In this document: in pieces, positions 26,872 through 37,423 of the stretch | How the letters are laid out: the number at the start of each line of letters is the position of its first letter | Numbering within the stretch: position 1 is the first letter of the stretch | Assembly (NCBI GenBank): GCA_963796105.1 | Contig: CAWCKJ010000004.1 | Span: 832,001-896,000 of the forward strand | Reading direction: 5' to 3' | Source of the DNA: a candidate division FCPU426 bacterium | Lineage (GTDB): Bacteria > Oederibacteriota > Muellerivitia > Muellerivitales > Muellerivitaceae | Length of the DNA: 64,000 bases | Program-made: the position numbers and the translations under genes | The notes under the pieces: generated by a model | Databases searched by the model: none | The model's input: the letters and a program-made list of their open reading frames with translations, nothing else | What the model was told of the DNA's origin: nothing

Positions 26872-28290
26872 TTACAAGGAGTAATCGCCTTCCATCAGCT
26901 TCTTTTTCAGGCTGTCGGTCTCGGACAGCAAAACGAGATCGGATAGGAGCAGTTCCTCTATCTTTTCATAGGCATGAATGATGGTAGTGTGATCCTTGCC
27001 TCCGAAGGCCGCGCCGATCTCGGTCAGGGAATGGGCGGTCAACTCCCTGGAAAGGTACATGGCGATTTGTCTTGGATAGGCGATCTGTTTCGTCCGCTTT
27101 TTGGACTTCATGTCGGAATACTTGCAATTGTAATGCTCCGCCACCACCCTTTGAATGGCCTCAACGGATATCCTCTTCTCTTCCCTGGGAAAGGTGTCCT
27201 TGAGGACTTCCTTCACCATCTCCAGGGTGATTTCCTGGCGGGTAAGGGAGGCAAAGGCGATCACCCGGAGCATGGAACCCTCCAGCTCGCGGATATTTGC
27301 CTTGGCATGGTTGGCGATGAAAACCGTCACCTCATTGGGCACCAAAATGCCCTCGCTCTCAGCCTTTTTCCGCAAAATGGCGATGCGGGTTTCCAAGTCC
27401 GGCTCTTGAATATCGGTGATCAAGCCCATCTCAAAGCGGTTCTTCAGCCTTTCCTCCAGCTTGATTTCCTTGGGATGGCTGTCGGAGGTCGCCACAATCT
27501 GCTTTTGGGCCTCATACAAAACGTTGAAAGTATGGAAAAATTCCTCCTGGGTGGCTTCCTTGCCTTCCCAGAACTGGATATCGTCAATCAAAAGGACGTC
27601 AACGGTCCTGTATTTATTACGGAAATCCTGGGCGTGGCCCGATTGAATGGATTGGATGAAGTCATTCATGAATTTTTCGGAGGATATATAGAGAACCTTG
27701 ATATTGGGATTTTGTTCCATGACAAAATTTCCGATGGCTTGCAACAAATGGGTTTTTCCCAAACCCACTCCTCCATAGATGAACAAGGGGTTGTAGGATC
27801 GAGCGGGAGATTCCGCTACGGCTAGACAAGCCGCATGTGCGAATCGGTTGCTGTTTCCGACGACGAAACTCTCAAAGTTAAATTTTGAGTTAAGAATAAA
27901 TTCCGCGTCCGAGGAGCCTTTGCCGGTTGTCGGCATGGTTAAAAGAGGTTTTTGGACAATTTCAACGGTGTTTTGGACTTCGACTTTGTCGGGCGAGGCT
28001 TTTAGGACGGTACCGGGATTCGGATCCACCCAATTGCCGGGGGTTTCCACCACGAACTGAATCTCCAACTGTTCCGGATGGAGATTTTTTAACGCTTTTT
28101 TAATTTGAGGTTGGTAATGGTCCCTGATCCAATCCCTGTAGAATTCATTGGGAACTTGAACACTGATAATGTTACTGTCGTCAATTAGGGAAGCTTTTGT
28201 GGGTTTAAACCAAGTCTCGAAACTTTGACGATTTAGATCATTTTTGAGGTTCTCCAGACAACGATCCCAAATATCGGCATGAACAGTCAT
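26872..28290 (-). CDS. dnaA: Chromosomal replication initiator
   Basis: YNPLFIYGGVGLGKTHLL, LLIDDIQF, QEEFFHTFN, NIRELEG, GGKDHTT; GGAGG before the ATG at 28290. Confidence 0.98.
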   Translation of the reverse strand: MTVHADIWDRCLENLKNDLNRQSFETWFKPTKASLIDDSNIISVQVPNEFYRDWIRDHYQPQIKKALKNLHPEQLEIQFVVETPGNWVDPNPGTVLKASPDKVEVQNTVEIVQKPLLTMPTTGKGSSDAEFILNSKFNFESFVVGNSNRFAHAACLAVAESPARSYNPLFIYGGVGLGKTHLLQAIGNFVMEQNPNIKVLYISSEKFMNDFIQSIQSGHAQDFRNKYRTVDVLLIDDIQFWEGKEATQEEFFHTFNVLYEAQKQIVATSDSHPKEIKLEERLKNRFEMGLITDIQEPDLETRIAILRKKAESEGILVPNEVTVFIANHAKANIRELEGSMLRVIAFASLTRQEITLEMVKEVLKDTFPREEKRISVEAIQRVVAEHYNCKYSDMKSKKRTKQIAYPRQIAMYLSRELTAHSLTEIGAAFGGKDHTTIIHAYEKIEELLLSDLVLLSETDSLKKKLMEGDYSL

Positions 28291-28362
28291 CCACAAACCT
28301 CCAAGAGATAAAACACTCAAAAAAACCCATAAAAATGGGGTAAAACCAATAGGCCGGAGAAA

Positions 28363-28463
28363 TTATCCCCTGTTTATCCCCATACCGGGTAACTAAGACT
28401 TCCCATTCTTTTTTTGTTTGTCGCGGGGCATTTATCCACAATTATTCACAGGTTTGTGGATAA
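28363..28463. promoter_or_regulatory. DnaA-box cluster upstream of dnaA (oriC / autoregulation)
   Basis: TTATCCACA 28432, TTATTCACA 28442, TGTGGATAA 28455, plus TTATCCCCT 28363 and TTATCCCCA 28374. Confidence 0.88.
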
Positions 28464-28993
28464 CTTTGAGAGCCAATATCCTTTTAATATTGGATATTTT
28501 TAAAATGAATGCGTCCAGGGTCCAAAAGCCCGTCGGACATTCCCGCTTAAAAGCCTCATGTTTTAGTCACTACTTCTTGTGTTTCGCGATTAGGAGCAAA
28601 ACCAGTTCACAACATATCCACCGTCGCTCACAGCCTTCCCGTCAAAATCACCGGGAAGATCGAGGCTACCCGGCTAGAAAACCAAAATAAATTTCCTGAT
28701 TTAAAAAAATTTCCAGGAAATTAACTTGCATCACTCCTTTTAAAACTTTTTCAATTTAAGTCAAGAAAATTTTAAGCGAATGGAAAAAATATTTTGGATT
28801 AAAAATTCTTTTATTTCCACGCATATATACCACCCTTGAGTGAATTTTTCAGGGGGTAAAAAAAATATTTTTTCGCGGCGGGGTTATGAGCGTGAAAAAA
28901 AACTCAATGGAAGAATGTAAGGCTTGACATTTTTTCATTTCTTTCGGATGGAAAGGTCCGTTCTTAACATGGGAGGCGCTGGGAAAAATATTT

Positions 28994-30016
28994 TCAGTAG
29001 CTCAACGAGTCCAGTTTCACTTTCCCACGGAAGACCCAGTAAATGCTCGCGGTGTAGCCTACCACGAGGGGCATTCCCACGGCCGCGATCAGGGTCATGA
29101 TTTTCAAGGTTTTCACGGAGGAGGCCGCGTTGTAGATCGTCAGGCTGTTCTCGGGAGAGGGGCTTGAAAAAACGAGATTGGGGTACATGCCGATCCCGAA
29201 AAGCGCCATCAGGCTCACCAGCGCGGCGCATGAGGAAAGGAACGCGCGGAACTCCAAACCCTTGCTGATGTTGCGGGGAATGTTGGCGATCGCCAGGACG
29301 CTGGCGAAGGGGACCACAAAAAGGAACGGATGACTGCGGATGGTCTCGATCATGTGGGGAACATAAAGCAAGGTCGCCATGGTCGTTATGATGTAACAAA
29401 GGATGAAGAGGATCATGGTGTTCTTGATCCAGCCCCTCAAGCGGTCCTGGAGCGAACCCTCGGTTTTCAGGACGATATAAATGGAACCGTGCATGACGAA
29501 CAGGGCCACCGTCGTCATTCCCAACAAAAGGGAATAAGGGTTCAACAAGCCCAAGAAAGTCCCGGCGTATTCCCGGTCCGCGCCCAAGGGAATGCCCCAC
29601 GCGATATTTCCCATCGCGACTCCCACCAGGAATCCCGAGGCGAGGCTGGAGAGGCCGAAGGAGACGTCCCAAAAATTCCTCCACTCCGGGACCGAGATTT
29701 TGCTCCTGAACTCGATGGCCACCGCGCGAAAAATGAGGGCCACCAGCAGCAGCATGAAAGCCAGGTAGAATCCGGAAAAGACCGTGGCGTAAACCTCGGG
29801 GAACGCGGCGAAGAGTGCTCCTCCGCCCGTGACCAGCCAGACCTCGTTCCCGTCCCAAATGGGTCCGATGGCGTTGAGAAACACCCGCCTGTCACGGTCC
29901 TCTTTCACGAAAAGGTGAAGGACGCCGACCCCCAGGTCGAAGCCGTCCAATACCGCGTAACCCGTGAAAAGAACCCCGACTAAGATGAACCAAAGGGTCT
30001 GCCAATCGTAATTCAT
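28994..30016 (-). CDS. cydB: Cytochrome bd ubiquinol oxidase subunit II
   Basis: LDGFDLGVG, IGPIWDGNEVWL, FAAFP.VY, SLTIYNAASS. Confidence 0.95.
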   Translation of the reverse strand: MNYDWQTLWFILVGVLFTGYAVLDGFDLGVGVLHLFVKEDRDRRVFLNAIGPIWDGNEVWLVTGGGALFAAFPEVYATVFSGFYLAFMLLLVALIFRAVAIEFRSKISVPEWRNFWDVSFGLSSLASGFLVGVAMGNIAWGIPLGADREYAGTFLGLLNPYSLLLGMTTVALFVMHGSIYIVLKTEGSLQDRLRGWIKNTMILFILCYIITTMATLLYVPHMIETIRSHPFLFVVPFASVLAIANIPRNISKGLEFRAFLSSCAALVSLMALFGIGMYPNLVFSSPSPENSLTIYNAASSVKTLKIMTLIAAVGMPLVVGYTASIYWVFRGKVKLDSLSY

Positions 30017-31353
30017 GCCCGGTGTCCTTCCTCGACCTTCATATAAAGGCCGCTTTGGATTTTATCGTTTAAAAGATAGATGAAGAGGATGAAGAGAAGC
30101 AGGTAAATGAAGGAGAAGAGGATAAGAGAGGTCTCTATTTCCATGGGGGAAACTATTTTGGAAAGGCCTTCCGAGGTTTTCATGAGGTTGTAAACAATGT
30201 AGGGTTGGCGGCCCACCTCCGCGGAAAACCAGCCCAGCTGGTTGGCGGCTTGGGGAAGGAGTACGGACCAGACCAATAAGGTCAGGAACCACCGGGAATC
30301 ATAAAGCCTTCCCCGCCACTTCAGGAAGAGCCCCCCGCAAGCGATGAAGATCAAGGCCACTCCGATGGCAATCATTAAATGATAGGTTTGAAAAACAAAA
30401 TTGACGGGGGGTCTTTTATCGGGCGGGAACGACTTGAGCCCCGTCACGGGAGCGTTGAAATCACCGGTGACGAGATAGCTCAATAACCCCGGAACCGCCA
30501 GGCCGAGGGTTTGTTCTTTTTTCTCATCCGCCCAGCCGAATAAATAGGCGGGAGCGGGGGAAAGGGCCTCGAAATGCCCCTCATAGGCGGCCAATTTCGC
30601 GGGCTGGTAGGCAGCCACCGATTTCGCGCTTTGGTGGCCCGAAAGGAGCTGGAGCAGGGAGGCAATCACAGCCACCGAGAGGGCGATGTTCATGCAGGAT
30701 TTCGAGAAGGCCTCGTTTTTATTTTTTAATAAGTAGTAAGCGCAGATGCTCAAGACCGCGAATGCTCCGGCCTGCCAGGCGCCCATATAAACATGGAAGA
30801 TCCGGTCCAGCGAGGAAGGATTCAGGACAAGGGCCCAAAAATCGGTGATTTCAGCCCGGGCGGAGGCGCCCGCCCCGACCAAATGATAGCCCGCGGGGGT
30901 CTGCTGCCAGGAATTCGCCACCACAATCCAGATGGCGCTGAAGTGGGCCCCCAGGCAAACCATCAGGGTGGAGAAAAAATGCATTCCCCGGCTGATCCTG
31001 TCCCATCCGAACAGGAGAAGGGCGAAAAACCCCGACTCCAAAAAGAAGGCGAAGATCCCCTCGGCGGCCAAGGCGCTTCCGAAAACGTCGCCCACGAAGC
31101 GGGAATAGGTGGACCAATTGGTGCCGAATTGGAATTCCATCACAATGCCGGTCGCCACCCCGATGGAGAAGATGAGGCCGAAAATTCTCGTCCAAAATTT
31201 CGCCATCTCCAGGAACAGGGGTCTCTTCGTGAAATAAAAAAAGCCCTCCAGGATAACCAGGATGAGGGAGAGGCCGATACTGAGGGGAGGAAAAATGTAG
31301 TGAAATGCGGCGGTCAAGCCGAACTGCGCGCGGGCGAGGGTAAGGGCGTCCAT
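30013..31353 (-). CDS. cydA: Cytochrome bd ubiquinol oxidase subunit I
   Basis: LARAQFG...[37 protein letters not shown] before MDALTL; overlaps cydB (ATGA). Confidence 0.95.
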   Translation of the reverse strand: MDALTLARAQFGLTAAFHYIFPPLSIGLSLILVILEGFFYFTKRPLFLEMAKFWTRIFGLIFSIGVATGIVMEFQFGTNWSTYSRFVGDVFGSALAAEGIFAFFLESGFFALLLFGWDRISRGMHFFSTLMVCLGAHFSAIWIVVANSWQQTPAGYHLVGAGASARAEITDFWALVLNPSSLDRIFHVYMGAWQAGAFAVLSICAYYLLKNKNEAFSKSCMNIALSVAVIASLLQLLSGHQSAKSVAAYQPAKLAAYEGHFEALSPAPAYLFGWADEKKEQTLGLAVPGLLSYLVTGDFNAPVTGLKSFPPDKRPPVNFVFQTYHLMIAIGVALIFIACGGLFLKWRGRLYDSRWFLTLLVWSVLLPQAANQLGWFSAEVGRQPYIVYNLMKTSEGLSKIVSPMEIETSLILFSFIYLLLFILFIYLLNDKIQSGLYMKVEEGHRA

Positions 31354-31641
31354 AAAACCTCCTGCGTTTTGATAGGCGAATAGACTAAACCTGGGATGAA
31401 ACGGGTTCAAGAAAAGAATCAACCGATGAGGGAAAAGTTGTTACCCGTACGGTTGAAATCCAATCCATGGCATTCGGGATCAAATAGGGCTGTTCCCTAT
31501 CCGGGCGATTTCCCCTCAAGACTTGAAAAAATTCCTCACGCAGCAGGAATTACGGGTGATTCTGGGCAGCAAGTTGACGCTTTTCCTAAAGCTCCCTAAA
31601 CTGATCCCCTGTTTTTAATCCCAAGTTTCGCAGGCAAAACC

Positions 31642-32427
31642 ATGCCTTTAGTTCAAGCCGAGAATATTTCATTCCAATACCCAAACCATTCCAAATTCCA
31701 ATTGCACCCAACCAGTCTCACGATCGAAAAGGGGGAATTGGTGGGCCTGCTGGGTTCCAACGGCGCAGGAAAATCAACTCTCCTGAAAATTTTGGTGGGG
31801 CTCCTTTCTCCGCTGGAAGGGCAGGTTACTTTCGAGGGTAAACCGCTTCAAGATATTCCTTTCCGGACGCGGGGCCGGAAAATCGCCTATGTTCCCCAAT
31901 CCACGCACTTTACTTTTCCTTTATCCGTTTGGGAGGTGGTGGAAATGGGAAGGCATCCCTACTTGGGCCGGTTTCAGCCCCTGGGAAAGGAGGACCGTCT
32001 CATTTGCGAAAAAGCCCTCGGGCTATGCGACGCCTTGGAATTTAAGAACCGCTCCTTTGATGAGCTTTCGGGGGGGGAGAAACAGCGCATTCTTTTAGCC
32101 TCGGCCCTGGCCCAAACTCCGGATCTTCTTTTGCTGGATGAGCCCACGCTTTCCCTGGATCTTTCCCATCAACTTCTCCTTTTCCAGATCATTCAAAAAC
32201 TTCACCGGGAAGAGGAATTGACGGTGGTGGTGGCCACCCACGAGCTGAATTTGGCGGGAAGATTTTTAAAGCGCTTGGTTTTGATGAAGGCGGGTCAGGT
32301 GGAGGCGGATGGGTCTCCCGGGAGGGTGCTCACTTCCCCGACTATCAGGAAAGTTTTAAATGTGGACGTAGAGAAGATCAAACATAGGGATGAATTTCCA
32401 TATTTCGTCCCAAAGAAGGGAAAATAA
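31642..32427 (+). CDS. Cobalamin/iron-chelate ABC transporter ATPase (BtuD/FecE-like)
   Basis: GSNGAGKST, LSGGEKQR, LLLDEP, H-loop. Confidence 0.9.
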   Translation: MPLVQAENISFQYPNHSKFQLHPTSLTIEKGELVGLLGSNGAGKSTLLKILVGLLSPLEGQVTFEGKPLQDIPFRTRGRKIAYVPQSTHFTFPLSVWEVVEMGRHPYLGRFQPLGKEDRLICEKALGLCDALEFKNRSFDELSGGEKQRILLASALAQTPDLLLLDEPTLSLDLSHQLLLFQIIQKLHREEELTVVVATHELNLAGRFLKRLVLMKAGQVEADGSPGRVLTSPTIRKVLNVDVEKIKHRDEFPYFVPKKGK

Positions 32428-32431
32428 CTAG

Positions 32432-33445
32432 GTGAAAAGCACTTCCGCCAAAATGCTGGTCTTAATGGGAACGATCCTGTTATTTTCCGCTGTATTGATT
32501 GGCTCGCCGTTTGTCGGCCCCACGCATTTATCCTATGACAAGGTTTTCCAATCCTACGGGACTTCGTCCGGGAACCAGGATGCCCTGATCTTTTTCAATG
32601 TCCGGCTTCCCCGCAATCTACTGGCGGCCTTGACCGGGGCGGCTATGGCCCTTGCGGGGGTGGTATTCCAGGCCGTTTTAAGAAATCCATTGGCCTGCCC
32701 CTTCACCTTGGGGGTGGCGGGAGGCAGTTCCTTCGGGGCGGCCCTGGCCCTATTACTCGGCCTCACGACCGCTTACCACGGATTCTCGACCGTGACCTTA
32801 TTTTCATTTTTAGGCGCGCTTCTATCCCTCGTCCTGGTTTACCTGTTGGCCACATTTCTCAATTCTTTCTCAGCCACGACGCTTTTGCTGGCGGGGATCG
32901 CGATCAGTTTCTTCTTTAACGCCCTGGTTCTCTTGTCCTACTACATCGCGGATTTCACCCAATCTTATGCCATGATTCATTGGATGATCGGAAGCCTGGA
33001 TGTGGTTGATTTGGAAACGGTGGAGAAATTGGCGTCGGGAATCGCCGCCGGCTTCGTGATCTTGTGCTGGATGGGACGGGAGCTGAACTTGCTTTCAGCT
33101 GGGGAGGAACTGGCCAAGGTCAAGGGGGTTCACACCTCCAGGGTCATCGCCTATTCCATCGTGACAGCTTCCTTGATGACCAGTATGGTGGTTGCCTTGA
33201 CAGGCCCCATCGCTTTTGTCGGTTTGATTGTTCCTCATATATATAGGCTTTTGATAGGTAACGATCACCGGTTTTTACTTCCCTTGAGCGCCTTGGGGGG
33301 CGCGGCATTCCTCGTGATTTGCGACACGGTGGCCCGTTCCTTCTTCGGGCCGGTCGAGCTTCCGGTGGGAATCCTGACGGCGTTGTTGGGAGTGCCGGTA
33401 CTGCTTTGGCTTTTATTTAGAAGAAAGAATTATCTCTCTTCCTAA
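32432..33445 (+). CDS. FecCD/BtuC family permease
   Basis: VRLPR, RNPLA.P, GPIAFVGLIVPH, ELPVGILTA. Confidence 0.9.
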   Translation: MKSTSAKMLVLMGTILLFSAVLIGSPFVGPTHLSYDKVFQSYGTSSGNQDALIFFNVRLPRNLLAALTGAAMALAGVVFQAVLRNPLACPFTLGVAGGSSFGAALALLLGLTTAYHGFSTVTLFSFLGALLSLVLVYLLATFLNSFSATTLLLAGIAISFFFNALVLLSYYIADFTQSYAMIHWMIGSLDVVDLETVEKLASGIAAGFVILCWMGRELNLLSAGEELAKVKGVHTSRVIAYSIVTASLMTSMVVALTGPIAFVGLIVPHIYRLLIGNDHRFLLPLSALGGAAFLVICDTVARSFFGPVELPVGILTALLGVPVLLWLLFRRKNYLSS

Positions 33446-33484
33446 TCCTTCCGCGGGAACCTAAAAATAAGGAAAGATAATCAA

Positions 33485-34363
33485 ATGTCGCTTCCATCAA
33501 AATATCAAAAGGCTTTCTTTTTGGGGCTCGCTCTTTTCTGGGCGGTGGGGCTTCTTCCGGCCCAGGAAACCCAGCGGAATTACCAACGGATCATCTCCAT
33601 GGCTCCTAATCTCACCGAGATTCTATATGACATCGGGGCGGAAGGGCGGTTGGTGGGAGTCACCGACTATTGCAAATTCCCCCCTGAGGCGCGGTTTAAA
33701 CCCAAAATCGGGGGTTGGATCAATCCAAACTATGAAATGATTCTTTCCCTCAAGCCGGATCTCATATTGGGTTTGAAATTTCACGGCCAAACGGTCGATC
33801 ATCTCCGCGCTCTTCACCTCCCTGTCCTGGTTGTGGATTGTCAGAAGGTCCAAGATGTCCTTAACGCATATCATGTTCTGGGTAAGGCCTTAGGTAGGGA
33901 GAAGGAAGCGGACCGGGCAAGGGTGCGGCTGGAGCGGAAATTGGCGAGGGCCCAAAAAAAGTCCCTGGGGCATAAACCCGTTTCAGTCCTTTTTATCATC
34001 GGCCGCAACCCGGGAACCCTGGACCAACTTTATGCCGCTGGTGCCGGGACTTTCGTGGATGAGATGATTACCCAGGCGGGAGGAAGGAATATCCTCTCGG
34101 ACGCGAAAGGGGCCTATCCCATGGTCTCCAAGGAACAACTTCTAAAACGGGATCCGGATGTCATTATCGACTCCATTCCCACCAGCGAGTCCAATCCGGG
34201 GCAATTGGAAGCGGAAAAGGAATCCTGGAATAAATTTCCAAGCTTGGAGGCGGTGCGGAAAGGGCGTGTTTATATCCTAACCCGGGATGATTATCTTATC
34301 CCGGGCCCCTCCTTAGCCGGGCTAGCGGAATATCTCGCCGGATTATTCAACCATGTGCGGTAA
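33485..34363 (+). CDS. Cobalamin-binding periplasmic protein (BtuF-like)
   Basis: RIISMAPNLTEILY, VGVTDYC.FP, PN.E.IL.LKPDL; adjacent B12 riboswitch. Confidence 0.85.
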   Translation: MSLPSKYQKAFFLGLALFWAVGLLPAQETQRNYQRIISMAPNLTEILYDIGAEGRLVGVTDYCKFPPEARFKPKIGGWINPNYEMILSLKPDLILGLKFHGQTVDHLRALHLPVLVVDCQKVQDVLNAYHVLGKALGREKEADRARVRLERKLARAQKKSLGHKPVSVLFIIGRNPGTLDQLYAAGAGTFVDEMITQAGGRNILSDAKGAYPMVSKEQLLKRDPDVIIDSIPTSESNPGQLEAEKESWNKFPSLEAVRKGRVYILTRDDYLIPGPSLAGLAEYLAGLFNHVR

Positions 34364-34445
34364 GCCCGAATTTTCTCGACTAGGATATTCGGGATGTTTT
34401 TACCGATTGACATTTCCAGTAAGGAAGAGTAAATACAACGTATAA

Positions 34446-34583
34446 CTCAAGGTGCTCGGGAAATCGGTGAAAAACCGATGCGGACCCGCCACTGTAAGGG
34501 GTATGGATTCATTCCGTAAGCCACTGTCTGAAAGGACGGGAAGGCCCGGAAGTTTGCCCCGTAGCCAGGAGACCGGCCTTGAG
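34446..34583 (+). promoter_or_regulatory. Cobalamin riboswitch
   Basis: AGGT..GGGAA-TCGGTGAAAAACCGA-GCGG-CCCGCCACTGTAA...GCCACTG...GGGAAGG...AGCCAGGAGACCGGCC, closed by CTCAAGG/CCTTGAG. Confidence 0.93.
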
Positions 34584-34691
34584 ATAAATTTTCGACGGCT
34601 TCTTCGGGATAAAGAAGCGGAGATTAAACCTTCTTTCCGGTTTTCCTCCCTTTTCACTCCCTTTAAAGTCTTCGGCCTCGGGAGTAGGCTC

Positions 34692-36692
34692 ATGTGCGAG
34701 TCATTCGGCAGGAAGTCTTTTTGTTTTATTGCTTTTTACTTCTTGATCTTTCCTCTTTCCCTTAAAGCGGATTCGTCCATACTGGAGTCTTCGGCGGACA
34801 CTTCGACCGCCGTTTCCAACCCCAATCTCCTATCGGCGCAATCCCCCGTTGAGTTGCCGGAAGTGGTGGTAACAGCCAACCGTCTGGACACACCGCTGAG
34901 CCAGGTGGCCAATTCCATGACCGTGATCACGGCGGAGGACATTCAGCAGAACCAGGCTGACACGACTTTGGGAGCCCTGCAGGGTATTCCAGGAATGACC
35001 CACTTCCAAAACGGGGGGCCGGGAGAAAACTCCGGTATTTTTATGCGAGGGGCTGACGCCGGGCACACCCTCGTTCTCTTGAATGGGATACCCCTGAACA
35101 ATCCCATCTCAACCGACCGAGCCTTCAGTGATTTTGACCAGCTATACCTGGACGACATTCGTCAAATCGAGGTGGTGAGGGGGCCCTTAAGCACTCTCTA
35201 TGGAACCAACGCCACGGCCGGGGTGGTCAATATCATCACCCAAAAGGGGGAAGGAGAACCCAAGGGTTCGCTTCTCTTCGAGGGAGGGGCCTACAACAGT
35301 TTCCGGGAGGCGGCTTGCGCCTCGGCCGGAAAAAGCGTTGGCAATCTTGCCCTGTCCGTCTCCCGTTTTGACACGCAAGGGTTTCCCTCGGCGGATAAAT
35401 CCTTCGGGAACACCATCGACAACGGGGATGGAAACACCACCTCTTCCCTGCGCTTCGGGGTTTCCCCCCTTTCCAACTTGGACAACAACCTGTTCGTGCG
35501 TTTCATTCAATCCCGGACCAACATCGACGCCACGAGCGGTGTTGGAGGGGATGATCCCAACTATTTCGTCAATGAACGCCAATGGGTGATGGGAAGCCAA
35601 ACAAATTGGAAGCTATTAGGGGGCGGTTGGGAACAAGTATTAGGGATCTCTTATATGAATGATCTACAGCTATACACGGATCAATTTAGTTCCTATGTCA
35701 ATTCCCATTATGAACGCGGGGCTTTTGAGGGGCAGTCGGCCCAATTGAATTGGCAAAACAATTTAAGCTTATGGAAAGGGGAAACCCTGGTGGCCGGAAT
35801 CCAGGGACAGCAGGAATGGGGCCGGGAAGACGACACCACCGATTATGGTTATGGGTTTTCCGATAGTTTGATCAATAAAAGCACCCAAACCGGCAGTTAT
35901 TATGTGGAAAGTCAGACTACCTTCTTGGACCGAATCTTCGCCACCTTGGGAGGGCGAATGGATTCGGTCAGTTCATTTGGCAGTCAATTCTCTTACCGCG
36001 GGGCATTCGCTTACTTCTTACCGGAATCGCAGACCAAGATTAAAGCCTCCTACGGGACGGGCTTTAAAGCGCCTTCGATATACCAGCTTTACTCTCCCTA
36101 CGGGAGTGTCGGCCTCCAGGCCGAGAAAAGCCAGGGGTGGGATGCGGGGTTGGAGCAGCCTTTCCTAGGAGGATCGGCCAAGGCGGGAGCGACTTATTTT
36201 CATAATGATTTTACCAACCTAATTGATTTCGAATCCACCGCCACTCCCCCCTATGGCGAGTACGTCAATATTGATAAAGCCCAAACGGAAGGCTGGGAAG
36301 TCTTCGCTTCATCTAAGCTCAATCGAAATTTGGAATTAAAAGCCGATTACACATATACCTGGGCTATCGATCTTCAAACCAGCCAACAGCTGTTAAGACG
36401 GCCTCAAAACCAGGCGGATTTCAGCGCTTTCGAGCATTGGGGTGATGTCAGTTTTGGATGCAGTTTTCTTTATGTTGGGGATAGGCCCGATTTGTCTTTC
36501 GCGACCTATCCGGCTACGCCAGTCGTGCTGCCTTCTTATTTGCTTGTGAACCTTATGGCTTCGTATCAGCTGGATAAGAGTTTCAAGTTATTCGGCCGGA
36601 TCAATAACCTGCTTAATGCGTCTTATGAGGAAATTTACGGATATGGAACGCCAGGCTTTTCGGTTTATCTCGGAACTAAAATCTCGCTTTAA
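34692..36692 (+). CDS. btuB: TonB-dependent vitamin B12 receptor
   Basis: TonB box EVVVTANR, plug IEVVRGP.S.LYG, SYGTGFKAPS, C-terminal beta strand; directly downstream of the riboswitch. Confidence 0.88.
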   Translation: MCESFGRKSFCFIAFYFLIFPLSLKADSSILESSADTSTAVSNPNLLSAQSPVELPEVVVTANRLDTPLSQVANSMTVITAEDIQQNQADTTLGALQGIPGMTHFQNGGPGENSGIFMRGADAGHTLVLLNGIPLNNPISTDRAFSDFDQLYLDDIRQIEVVRGPLSTLYGTNATAGVVNIITQKGEGEPKGSLLFEGGAYNSFREAACASAGKSVGNLALSVSRFDTQGFPSADKSFGNTIDNGDGNTTSSLRFGVSPLSNLDNNLFVRFIQSRTNIDATSGVGGDDPNYFVNERQWVMGSQTNWKLLGGGWEQVLGISYMNDLQLYTDQFSSYVNSHYERGAFEGQSAQLNWQNNLSLWKGETLVAGIQGQQEWGREDDTTDYGYGFSDSLINKSTQTGSYYVESQTTFLDRIFATLGGRMDSVSSFGSQFSYRGAFAYFLPESQTKIKASYGTGFKAPSIYQLYSPYGSVGLQAEKSQGWDAGLEQPFLGGSAKAGATYFHNDFTNLIDFESTATPPYGEYVNIDKAQTEGWEVFASSKLNRNLELKADYTYTWAIDLQTSQQLLRRPQNQADFSAFEHWGDVSFGCSFLYVGDRPDLSFATYPATPVVLPSYLLVNLMASYQLDKSFKLFGRINNLLNASYEEIYGYGTPGFSVYLGTKISL

Positions 36693-36769
36693 TGAAAATT
36701 CAGCTAATGGAAAATATCGGATTAAGAGAGCATGGATATTGAGTAAGTAAAAAAGATTTTAAGGATTTA

Positions 36770-37423
36770 TTAACGGTATCGCGGGGAATGAATTTCCTTG
36801 GAATTGGGTTTCAGGGAGGTTAGCCAGTATCCGTCGCGGGTTTTTGGTTTCAAGACTTGGCTTAATAACCGGGCCCTGTGCCGGTAGGAATAATCCAGTT
36901 TTTTTTGGACCCAATCCCGTGATTTTCCTGTTCGGATCGCCCAGAGAAGAAAATAAGGAACCAAAGTCTTAAAAGGAAATTGAGTCTGCCATAGGCCGAG
37001 TAAGCCCGCGTTCTCATACGAGGAAAAACGGGGAGTCTTCCCGAAACTATGAAAGAATTTCTCGAAATTATTCTCAAAAGTAGATTTCGGGAATTTCAAT
37101 TTGATTTTTTGCCAGGCATGACGAAGCTTGACGGATTTTTTGGAATAGCCAAGAGTTAAAAAGTGGCCTTGGATGGTATTGCGATGGATTTGAAGGGCTT
37201 CCGCCGTCTTTAAGATGTTCCCGGAATAAACCACAAACCAATGAAGGAAATAATGCCGTTCTAAATCCTTGGGGAACAAACCTCTTTTCCACAATCGATT
37301 TAAGGTCTCGAAACCTTTCTTCAATTTGTCTTTAGGTATGGATAAAGGGGGTTTGAAAATCACAAGGTCTCTTTCAATGCACAATTTGTAACCGAAAGTT
37401 CTTATGAGTAAGTTTCCAACCAA
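36770..37423 (-). CDS. Hypothetical basic protein with Fis-like HTH
   Basis: LERHYF......GNILKTAEALQIHRNTI resembles an HTH_8 motif; start uncertain. Confidence 0.6.
   Translation of the reverse strand: MVGNLLIRTFGYKLCIERDLVIFKPPLSIPKDKLKKGFETLNRLWKRGLFPKDLERHYFLHWFVVYSGNILKTAEALQIHRNTIQGHFLTLGYSKKSVKLRHAWQKIKLKFPKSTFENNFEKFFHSFGKTPRFSSYENAGLLGLWQTQFPFKTLVPYFLLWAIRTGKSRDWVQKKLDYSYRHRARLLSQVLKPKTRDGYWLTSLKPNSKEIHSPRYR

Noticed and set aside
34452..34691. N-terminal extension of the btuB ORF
   Set aside because: It runs through the cobalamin riboswitch; the start at 34692 fits better.
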